A stretch of DNA of 64,000 nt from contig NW_027361676.1 in NCBI RefSeq assembly GCF_039654945.1, forward strand, positions 47,182,001-47,246,000, given 5' to 3'. The notes under the pieces were generated by a model. That model saw only the letters and a list, made by a program, of their open reading frames with translations, did no database searches and was not told the DNA's origin. A program made the translations under genes and the position numbers. Of the stretch, positions 52,273-64,000 are shown in pieces; the first letter of the stretch is position 1; every line of letters begins with the position of its first letter. The DNA is from Dendrobates tinctorius (Eukaryota).

Positions 52273-52970
52273 AATTTTTTTTTATTTTTTTTTTTTACAT
52301 TCAACACATTAGCCGGATGATGGGACTACTACTGTCCCATCATTTGCTAATGTGTCAATCACTGTCATGGTAGCAGGCATCGCCCGATGGGACTTGTAGT
52401 CCCATCGGACGATGCCTGCACAGACCCCCGAAGCCTGCACAGACCACGGCAGGCCGGCACAGCCCCCCGGCAGGCCGGCACAGCCCACCGGAGCCTGCAC
52501 AGACCACCGGCAGGCTGGCACAGCCCCCCGGCAGGCCGGCACAGACCACCGGAGCCTGCACAGACCACCGGCAGGCCGGCACAGCCCCCCGGCAGGCCGG
52601 CACAGACCACCGGAGCCTGCACAGACCCCCTGGCAGGCCGGCACAGCCCCCCGGCAGGCCGGCACAGACCACCGGAGCCTGCACAGACCCCCTGGCAGGC
52701 TGGCACAGCCCCCCGAAAGGCCCGTACAGACCCCAGAGAGGCTGTACAAGGCAAAAACAGGGGGTTTTTTATTCCGATACCGGAAGTCCCATAGACTTGA
52801 ATGGGACTTCCGGTATCGGAATCGGCGATACCGATACTTTTTTTTAAGATCGGCCAATCCATTCCGATCCGATACTTTGAAGTATCGGACGGTATCGCTC
52901 AACTCTAAACAAGAGTTATTCAAGCTTTTCTTTTGATCCTGACAATTAATTCAACCCAGAGATCCCTATG

Positions 52971-53313
52971 CGAAAAAATGTTTCAGCTCACCCCTTAGCG
53001 TCATCCAGATAGCAGGAACCACACCGTCACACGGAGCCACCCTGACCTGGCGGATACAAGTCCAAAAACACAGTAATCTCCAGCGATCTCAGGCAGGAAG
53101 GTAGTTATCAAAAATATTCCTTTATTTCTTTTCGTTAAAAGAACATTTTAATCCATGATTAAGACTGTTTTGAGTTGAAACGTGTTGGATCTTTTACCAT
53201 CCACTGGGGTATCCACTACCTGTAACATGTTCTTTTAACGAAAAGAAATAAAGGAATAATTTTTATAACTATCGTCCTGCCTGAGATCGCTGGAGATTAC
53301 TGTGTGTTTGGAC
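52971..53313. mobile_element. Short hairpin-shaped PLE-type insertion with an 11-bp TSD and a degenerate hammerhead in the loop
   Basis: Arms 53060-53147 / 53226-53313. TSD agatccctatg at 52960-52970 and 53314-53324. atcc-atgatta-a-gact..agtt-GAAA-cgtg-TT-ggat at 53151-53190. Confidence 0.75.
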
Positions 53314-53980
53314 AGATCCCTATGTATCCCACCTAGAAAATAGTAGCAGTCTCATCCATACTGTGCTTTTTTTGCATAGCTCACCAGACTAGCATATAAA
53401 CATTTTATACCCATGATCCTAAATCAAAAAGGCAATAATCACTTCAATAAATATATTCCCAACAAAAATCATCACGTAAGGTACCGTGAGGATCAAAGAA
53501 GTGAAAAACAATGAGATTAATAAAATTATAAATGTTTATTAATTGCAAGTTAAAAATGACATAAATTGTATTAAAAAGACAGGACTGAGGTCTCCAACAT
53601 GGGGGGTAGGAAAAAAACAGCAAAAGATATATAGTCTCTCCAGAGGGTGCCAATTAGCTATTTAGAGTATATTCGAATTTCAAAATGAATCGGAAATAAT
53701 CCCACCAAAATGTTAAAGGCCTGTGTTCCAACAGCAATTACAAAGAACTTGCAACAGTGGGTACTATGAGTACTACAAAAGGAAAAAATGGCCTAGTATG
53801 CCAATTGGCTGGGGAGGGAAATAATATACAGAGGTTATATCTAGAATAGGAAGGCACAGCAAGGAAATAACAAAAATATGGTTAGTGCAATGTAAGGGGT
53901 AAGATGTTACCTGTCACTGACCGATGTGAAATGAGGCCAATGGAAAGGCTGTATGCTGGTGAACCTAGTTCCCCCACCGC

Positions 53981-54024
53981 CGCCCGACAGCACTGTTTCG
54001 CATAAGTTGCTTCTTCCCGGGGCG
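53981..54024 (-). ncRNA. Hammerhead-like ribozyme with a variant core (PLE2 pLTR copy 1)
   Basis: cgccc CGGGAAGAA gca actta tgc GAAA cag tg ctg TC gggcg; all three stems pair. Confidence 0.65.
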
Positions 54025-55185
54025 TTCTGACAGGTAAGGGTGTTCCTGCAATTTTTATAGCTACCGTGGATCCGTATAACCGGTCACGTGACCGGAGTTG
54101 TGTGCACAGGACCTGCCATTAGGTATTTTGATTCCGGTAAGATACCGGAAATGGAATAGGACCTGTGGATAGCGCGCGCGACCAGTTCCGCCCTCTTAAG
54201 TAAAAGGGACTTTCCAGGACCGCGCTCTGTGCTCCACAGTGGAATACACTGCGGTCACGTGTATGAGCGCTCCCGAAAGTCGGGGAAGGCCGTCAAACCG
54301 GGCGCGTGCTCATAGGTCACCAAGGAATACATGTGGGGCCAGTGTGGCAGTATTTACGTGTATAAAGATCATGACATGGAAAAGGAAAGGGGGCAGAAAA
54401 GGAAGAGGAAGAGGAACCAGGAAAAAAGGAAGGAGTGAAAACAGTGTCTCAGTGAAATGATGTATGAAAATAGGAGGATCGTGTAGTCAATAAAACATTA
54501 TCCAGTTTAAGCAATATGCAGAAAAAATGAATGATAATAAAGTGAATGTGTGAAAAATTGTGAATTGTGTATGTGAGGGAAATGTGGGGAGGGGGAAAAA
54601 AAGAGTCTGATGATATGTGAAGGGGGGCGGAAAGGTAATTGTGGGGATGGTAGACAAAGTCTCAGTCAAACCAAGCAAGAAAATATGTGAGGAAGAGGGA
54701 GGAGAACGGGCCTAAAAATAAACATGATTGATCCTGGAAGGGAAGAAGGGGAGGGGGGGGAGGGAAGGGGGGAGAAGGGGGGGGAGGAGTGGAGGATAAC
54801 TTGAGTGAAATGGAATATTAACCAAAGGAGACCCATGGAACAAGGGTCATATAATAAAGGAATATTAATGTGAATATAAATATTCAAAAAGTCCCAGCCA
54901 GGTGAATAGAGAAAATTCCTGATCCTCTTCATCCTCTCCACATATTCTGTCAGACCGAGGGAAATAATCAGGCCGTCATGTGATCAAATAATACGAATTT
55001 TCCATGTACTGCTTGTGAACCACGGATAACATCAGGTAGCGTTGAATTTATCTAAAAATAAGAATATTGATTTAAGAAAAGGGAAATTTGGAGCCTGAAT
55101 ATAAAAAAAACTAAGAATAAAAGACATTAAAAAAGACAATTATAATACAACGAACACCTAAAACAACCTGACTCAGGATATGCAG

Positions 55186-57397
55186 TTAAAGGAAGGAGTT
55201 GAAACCAAAATTTTCATTGAGACCGTAAGGGGTAATGGTCCCTAAACGGTAAATCCATTTACTTTCAAGTTGTGCTAGGATTTTGCTCAAATCTCCTCCA
55301 CGTATGCCTAATTCAATTTGATCAATGGCTTTGAATAGGAGACCCTTGGAATTACAATTGTGATGAAATTTAAAATGGCGTGGAAGCGTTTTTAAAAGGG
55401 AAATATCCTCAATGGTTTGGGCTTTTTGAATGTCCCGGATATGTTCCCGTATACGTATTTTAAATTCCCGGGTTGTTAGCCCTATATAGACAAGGTTGCA
55501 GGGACAAGTTGCATGATATATGATGCCCTGAGAGGAACAGGTTAAATGTTTGCGAATTTCAAAGGTCTGAGATCCATCATGGTTAGTAAATAGATGTGCT
55601 TTTTTTGTATGGGTGAGTATCAAACCAGACAAAGCTGGATCCAAATTACTAGTCTGAAGATACCAGGCAGTGGCTCTAAGTCCATCCTCATGTCTTATCG
55701 AGGTGTAAAGGGATTCAATATCCGCAGTTACCATTATCATGTGTTCATCCAAATAAAGATTATTTAATTTTTGGAGAGCTGCCGTGGTATCCTGGATTTA
55801 AGAAGGTAAGGTAAGCACTAAAGGTTTTAAGAAAAAGTCAACAAAATTTGAAATAACTTCACATAAGCCTCCATTGCTTGAGATGATGGGTCTGCCTGGA
55901 GGATCACTGGGGTCCTTGTGTAATTTGGGAATTAGATACAGAGTAGATAATTTGGGATGATGCTTACGAATTGTTTCCACCATATTTTTAGGGACTATTC
56001 CTTGTTCAAAGGCTTGTTCAATTATTTGGAGCAATTCTGCTTGGAATTTTGATAATGGATTAAATGTTAATTTTCGATAACAAAGAGGGGTATTAAGCAA
56101 CTTATATGCTTGTTGTTCATACAGCTTTTTTGGCCATATTACCAAGTTTCCCCCTTTGTCAGCAGGTTTGAATACTACATCTTTGAGCGACTGTAGATGT
56201 ATTAAAGCTTCTTTTTCTTCCCTACTTAAATTGGAAAGCCAAGGAGGTTTTGTTGGTAATGCCTCTATTTCCGCCGTGAGCACTTGTGTAAAAATCTCCA
56301 CAGCGGGGCAGAGACTGATGGATGGAAATTTCCGGGACTTATTAAATAAATTATGTGGAAAATTGCTTACCTGAGGACTGTTGTTTTCCTGTAGAAGATC
56401 CTCTAAATTTCTTAACGCCTCCCTCTCTTCCACTGTGGAGAAGTTATTATTGAGACCGTCTTTGTGATGAAATCTCTTTAAAATGAGTTTCCTGGAGAAG
56501 AGGTGTAAATCCCTCACCACACTAAAAGTGTCCAAAGGACATGTGGGCGAGAAGGTTAGGCCTCGCTCCAGGAGTCTTACCTCCACAGGGGACAATTGAT
56601 GGGTGGATAAGTTGATTACCTTCAGCTGGTCACCCTGGACCCGTAGATTCCTGGATCTCGTGAAGATATCTGGTACTCTGGTGCCGGCTCTGAGGGTCAT
56701 TCCACTGTTCGTGGTTTCTCCATTAGGATTTTCCCCATCACTCATGGAGGTGTTAATGTCAGATGTGGATGGTACAGAGCTTTCAGATGAAGTTCTGTGT
56801 TGGGAAGGTTTTGATGATCTTTTGTTAGTTGCTTTATTTTTATTTTTAGGGCTTGATTTCTTGATTTGCCACCGATATATTTTGTTTGTGTCATAGTCAT
56901 TTAGATCCCTTTGAAATTTTTTTTATCTTATTCTGACATACCTCACTCTCCCATTTGTCCACATCTTTGTTGATATCCGTCAAAATCTTATCAAAATTTT
57001 CCACTGGTACATCCTTCAGGAGTAACTTCTCCAGTTCTTCAATATCAGAATCAATAACTTTTAATGACATGGTGTTTTTGTCAATAATGATCTGTATAAA
57101 CTCCAAGGAGCAGGATGTTGCAGCGGAGACCCATCTTTTTAATAAGATGTCATCATCAAGATCAAATGAGGGGTACAGCTGTACCCTGAGACCCCTAGGA
57201 ATTATTTGTTTGTCCATATAATTCTCCAAGGCCGATCTATTCCACCATATTCGTGTTTTTTTATATAGAGCATTCCTATATTGTTTGATCAAATCTTGGT
57301 TGGCATGAACTGTATCCTGAGTGATGTTGGAGGACCCCTGTCTAAATAGATCAGATGCCTTAGCCTGCCAGGACTTTTCCCTGGCTTTAAAGTCCAT
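55186..57397 (-). pseudogene. PLE2 ORF, minus arm: N-terminus present, RT core deleted in frame, GIY-YIG present
   Basis: MDFKAREKSW...WWN...IIPRGLRV. 1-bp frameshift in an A-run near 56920. VINLS, KPADKGG, PPGRPIIS. Stop at 55798. Junction SGLILT|HTKKAH at 55610/55611. Confidence 0.9.
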
Positions 57398-58019
57398 CCT
57401 AAGAAGGAAACGAATGATCTGTCTGTGAAACACAGAAAAAGTAGTTATACCCATGATCCTAAATCAAAAAGGCAATAATCACTTCAATAAATATATTCCC
57501 AACAAAAATCATCACGTAAGGTACCGTGAGGATCAAAGAAGTGAAAAACAATGAGATTAATAAAATTATAAATGTTTATTAATTGCAAGTTAAAAATGAC
57601 ATAAATTGTATTAAAAAGACAGGACTGAGGTCTCCAACATGGGGGGTAGGAAAAAAACAGCAAAAGATATATAGTCTCTCCAGAGGGTGCCAATTAGCTA
57701 TTTAGAGTATATTCGAATTTCAAAATGAATCGGAAATAATCCCACCAAAATGTTAAAGGCCTGTGTTCCAACAGCAATTACAAAGAACTTGCAACAGTGG
57801 GTACTATGAGTACTACAAAAGGAAAAAATGGCCTAGTATGCCAATTGGCTGGGGAGGGAAATAATATACAGAGGTTATATCTAGAATAGGAAGGCACAGC
57901 AAGGAAATAACAAAAATATGGTTAGTGCAATGTAAGGGGTAAGATGTTACCTGTCACTGACCGATGTGAAATGAGGCCAATGGAAAGGCTGTATGCTGGT
58001 GAACCTAGTTCCCCACCGC

Positions 58020-58063
58020 CGCCCGACAGCACTGTTTCGCATAAGTTGCTTCTTCCCGGGGCG
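58020..58063 (-). ncRNA. Hammerhead-like ribozyme with a variant core (PLE2 pLTR copy 2)
   Basis: Identical to copy 1. Confidence 0.65.
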
Positions 58064-58831
58064 TTCTGACAGGTAAGGGTGTTCCTGCAATTTTTATAGC
58101 TACCGTGGATCCGTATAACCGGTCACGTGACCGGAGTTGTGTGCACAGGACCTGCCATTAGGTATTTTGATTCCGGTAAGATACCGGAAATGGAATAGGA
58201 CCTGTGGATAGCGCGCGCGACCAGTTCCGCCCTCTTAAGTAAAAGGGACTTTCCAGGACCGCGCTCTGTGCTCCACAGTGGAATACACTGCGGTCACGTG
58301 TATGAGCGCTCCCGAAAGTCGGGGAAGGCCGTCAAACCGGGCGCGTGCGCATAGGTCACCAAGGAATACATGTGGGGCCAGTGTGGCAGTATTTACGTGT
58401 ATAAAGATCATGACATGGAAAAGGAAAGGGGGCAGAAAAGGAAGAGGAAGAGGAACCAGGAAAAAAGGAAGGAGTGAAAACAGTGTCTCAGTGAAATGAT
58501 GTATGAAAATAGGAGGATCGTGTAGTCAATAAAACATTATCCAGTTTAAGCAATATGCAGAAAAAATGAATGATAATAAAGTGAATGTGTGAAAAATTGT
58601 GAATTGTGTATGTGAGGGAAATGTGGGGAGGTGGAAAAAAAGAGTCTGATGATATGTGAAGGGGGGCGGAAAGGTAATTGTGGTGATGGTAGACAAAGTC
58701 TCAGTCAAACCAAGCAAGAAAATATGTGAGGAAGAGGGAGGAGGACGGGCCTAAAAATAAACATGATTGATCCTGGAAGGGAAGAAGGGGAGGGGGGGAG
58801 GGAAGGGGGGAGAAGTGGGGGGGAGGAGTGG

Positions 58832-60528
58832 AAAATATGGTGGAAACAATTCGTAAGCATCATCCCAAATTATCTACTCTGTATCTAATTCCCAAATTAC
58901 ACAAGGACCCCAGTGATCCTCCAGGCAGACCCATCATCTCAAGCAATGGAGGCTTATGTGAAGTTATTTCAAATTTTGTTGACTTTTTCTTAAAACCTTT
59001 AGTGCTTACCTTACCTTCTTACATCCAGGATACCACGGCAGCTCTCCAAAAATTAAATAATCTTTATTTGGATGAACACATGATAATGGTAACTGCGGAT
59101 ATTGAATCCCTTTACACCTCGATAAGACATGAGGATGGACTTAGAGCCACTGCCTGGTATCTTCAGACTAGTAATTTGGATCCAGCTTTGTCTGGTTTGA
59201 TACTCACCCTTTTGGAATTTTTACTAACACATAACATCTTCACCTTCAATAATAATACATATCTACAAACCCAAGGCACCGCTATGGGGGCCTCCTGTGC
59301 CCCATCCTATGCTAATCTTTTTTTGGGGGCATGGGAAAGGGAAATATTCCTGGGGGATACCATGGCGGGTATCAACCTTGTTCAGGGTTGGATGAGATAC
59401 ATCGATGATGTATGGTTTATTTGGGAAGGTTCAGTGGCTGATCTACATAACCTAATGGCTAAATTAAATGAAAATGAGGTTAACATTAAATTAACATACC
59501 AATTTGGTAGAGAATTGGAATTCTTAGATCTTAAAATTTCAGCATCCATAGAGGGAATTATCAGCACCAATTTATACAGAAAATCTACGGCAACGAATTC
59601 TCTATTACATGCCACATCATCCCACCCTTCTGCAACCATCAAGGGGATACCTACCGGTCAATTTCTGAGGGCGAGATGCATTTGCTCTAATGATGCTGAC
59701 TTTGAGTGGCAAGCGGCGGATTTGACTAAAAGGTTTTTAAATCGAGGTTACAGTAAACGGAGCATAAAAAATGGTTATAGGAGGGCTAAAAACACATCCA
59801 GAGAAAAATTATTGTACTCGGCTCCTAAAAAACGGCATGAAATGCCTGATTAAATCAGATTTATTTCAACATTTAATAACCAATGGGAAGATCTGAAATT
59901 TCTTTTTAAGAAACATTGGCATATCTTAAAAACAGATCCCATTTTACAAAAAATTCTTCCCTCTACTCCATCCTTAGTGGCTAGGAGGAGTCGTAATCTG
60001 AAGGATCTATTGGTCCACAGCCACTATGATTCTACTACTAAACCTGGATGCAATCCTTTAAAATCTGGCTTTTTCCCCTGTGGCCTTTGCAAAGCATGCA
60101 TCAATACAAAAAAAGCACATCTATTTACTAACCATGATGGATCTCGGACCTTTGAAATTCGCAAACATTTAACCTGTTCCTCTCAGGGCATCATATATCA
60201 TGCAACTTGTCCCTGCAACCTTGTCTATATAGGGCTAACAACCCGGGAATTTAAAATACGTATACGGGAACATATCCGGGACATTCAAAAAGCCCAAACC
60301 ATTGAGGATATTTCCCTTTTAAAAACGCTTCCACGCCATTTTAAATTTCATCACAATTGTAATTCCAAGGGTCTCCTATTCAAAGCCATTGATCAAATTG
60401 AATTAGGCATACGTGGAGGAGATTTGAGCAAAATCCTAGCACAACTTGAAAGTAAATGGATTTACCGTTTAGGGACCATTACCCCTTATGGTCTCAATGA
60501 AAATTTTGGTTTCAACTCCTTCCTTTAA
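58832..60528 (+). pseudogene. PLE2 ORF, plus arm: 5'-truncated, RT core and GIY-YIG, one stop at 59851
   Basis: GTAMGASCAPSYANLF, WMRYIDDVW, PCGLCKAC, GIIYHATCPCNLVYIGLT, PYGLNE. Confidence 0.92.
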
Positions 60529-61685
60529 CTGCATATCCTGAGTCAGGTTGTTTTAGGTGTTCGTTGTATTATAATTGTCTTTTTTAATGTCTTTTATTCT
60601 TAGTTTTTTATATTCAGGCTCCAAATTTCCCTTTTCTTAAATCAATATTCTTATTTTTAGATAAATTCAACGCTACCTGATGTTATCCGTGGTTCACAAG
60701 CAGTACATGGAAAATTCGTATTATTTGATCACATGACGGCCTGATTATTTCCCTCGGTCTGATAGAATATGTGGAGAGGATGAAGAGAATCAGGAATTTT
60801 TTCTCTATTCACCTGGCTGGGACTTTTTGAATATTTATATTCACATTAATATTCCTTTATTATATGACCCTTGTTCCACGGGTCCCCTTTGGTTAATATT
60901 CCATTTCACTCAAGTTATCCTCCACTCCTCCCCCCCCCTTCTCCCCCCTTCCCTCCCCCCCCCTCCCCTTCTTCCCTTCCAGGATCAATCATGTTTATTT
61001 TTAGGCCCGTCCTCCTCCCTCTTCCTCACATATTTTCTTGCTTGGTTTGACTGAGACTTTGTCTACCATCCCCACAATTACCTTTCCGCCCCCCTTCACA
61101 TATCATCAGACTCTTTTTTTCCCCCTCCCCACATTTCCCTCACATACACAATTCACAATTTTTCACACATTCACTTTATTATCATTCATTTTTTCTGCAT
61201 ATTGCTTAAACTGGATAATGTTTTATTGACTACACGATCCTCCTATTTTCATACATCATTTCACTGAGACACTGTTTTCACTCCTTCCTTTTTTCCTGGT
61301 TCCTCTTCCTTTTCTGCCCCCTTTCCTTTTCCATGTCATGATCTTTATACACGTAAATACTGCCACACTGGCCCCACATGTATTCCTTGGTGACCTATGC
61401 GCACGCGCCCGGTTTGACGGCCTTCCCCGACTTTCGGGAGCGCTCATACACGTGACCGCAGTGTATTCCACTGTGGAGCACAGAGCGCGGTCCTGGAAAG
61501 TCCCTTTTACTTAAGAGGGCGGAACTGGTCGCGCGCGCTATCCACAGGTCCTATTCCATTTCCGGTATCTTACCGGAATCAAAATACCTAATGGCAGGTC
61601 CTGTGCACACAACTCCGGTCACGTGACCGGTTATACGGATCCACGGTAGCTATAAAAATTGCAGGAACACCCTTACCTGTCAGAA

Positions 61686-61729
61686 CGCCCCGGGAAGAAG
61701 CAACTTATGCGAAACAGTGCTGTCGGGCG
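61686..61729 (+). ncRNA. Hammerhead-like ribozyme with a variant core (PLE2 pLTR copy 3)
   Basis: Identical to copy 1. Confidence 0.65.
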
Positions 61730-62263
61730 GCGGTGGGGGAACTAGGTTCACCAGCATACAGCCTTTCCATTGGCCTCATTTCACATCGGTCAGTGACAGG
61801 TAACATCTTACCCCTTACATTGCACTAACCGTATTTTTGTTATTTCCTTGCTGTGCCTTCCTATTCTAGATATAACCTCTGTATATTATTTCCCTCCCCA
61901 GCCAATTGGCATACTAGGCCATTTTTTCCTTTTGTAGTACTCATAGTACCCACTGTTGCAAGTTCTTTGTAATTGCTGTTGGAACACAGGCCTTTAACAT
62001 TTTGGTGGGATTATTTCCGATTCATTTTGAAATTCGAATATACTCTAAATAGCTAATTGGCACCCTCTGGAGAGACTATATATCTTTTGCTGTTTTTTTC
62101 CTACCCCCCATGTTGGAGACCTCAGTCCTGTCTTTTTAATACAATTTATGTCATTTTTAACTTGCAATTAATAAACATTTATAATTTTATTAATCTCATT
62201 GTTTTTCACTTCTTTGATCCTCACGGTACCTTACGGGATGATTTTTGTTGGGAATAGCATATA

Positions 62264-63870
<1,607 letters not shown>

Positions 63871-64000
63871 TAGACTAATTTTTACCTTACAATTCTAGCC
63901 ATAGCAGCAGCCTTTAGACTTTAACTTTTACTTATAGTTAAAACTAATAAAATGGCTTTACTAAATCCTACAAATATAAGATATAATTTGCTTTCTATAC

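Larger units (their letters stand above)
48739..52907. mobile_element. Complete non-autonomous hAT-type element with mirror-symmetric satellite arms
   Basis: TIRs tagtgttgagc / gctcaactcta. Perfect 8-bp TSD AACAAGAG (48731-48738, 52908-52915). Subterminal ccgatac repeats. Confidence 0.95.
53404..62254. mobile_element. Penelope-like retroelement family 2: inverted composite (minus arm 53405-58832, plus arm 58832-62254)
   Basis: 14-bp TSD tagcatataaacat (53390-53403, 62255-62268). pLTR copies at 53405-55185 (-), 57445-58832 (-) and 60529-62254 (+). Confidence 0.93.

Overview
Vertebrate genomic DNA, most likely an anuran amphibian (inferred from the repeat families). The window is made up almost entirely of nested transposable elements. 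It has no intact host gene, only one possible 56-nt micro-exon (42235-42290). DNA elements: two non-autonomous piggyBac-like elements, Tc1/mariner elements (two near-identical DD35E copies with open but catalytically dead transposases, one foldback copy, three decayed copies), hAT-type non-autonomous elements with internal satellites, two PIF/Harbinger-type MITEs, a Helitron and a tandem Helentron/HINE-like element. Retroelements: two young CR1 LINEs, LTR fragments, two Penelope-like retroelement (PLE) families and several short PLE-type insertions with minimal hammerhead ribozyme motifs. The most unusual feature is a minus-strand LTR retroelement (19943-23247). Its internal ORF carries an intronless, captured fragment of the fragile-X family RNA-binding protein (FXR1/FMR1): KH0 joined directly to KH2 plus the downstream helix, with KH1 missing, behind a coiled-coil N-terminus. 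Other points of note are an 8.85-kb inverted PLE insertion bounded by one 14-bp TSD whose two arms complement each other, hairpin-shaped PLE-type micro-insertions with long TSDs, and telomere-like repeats carried inside DNA transposons. All homology calls come from motif recognition and recalled sequences; no database searches were run.
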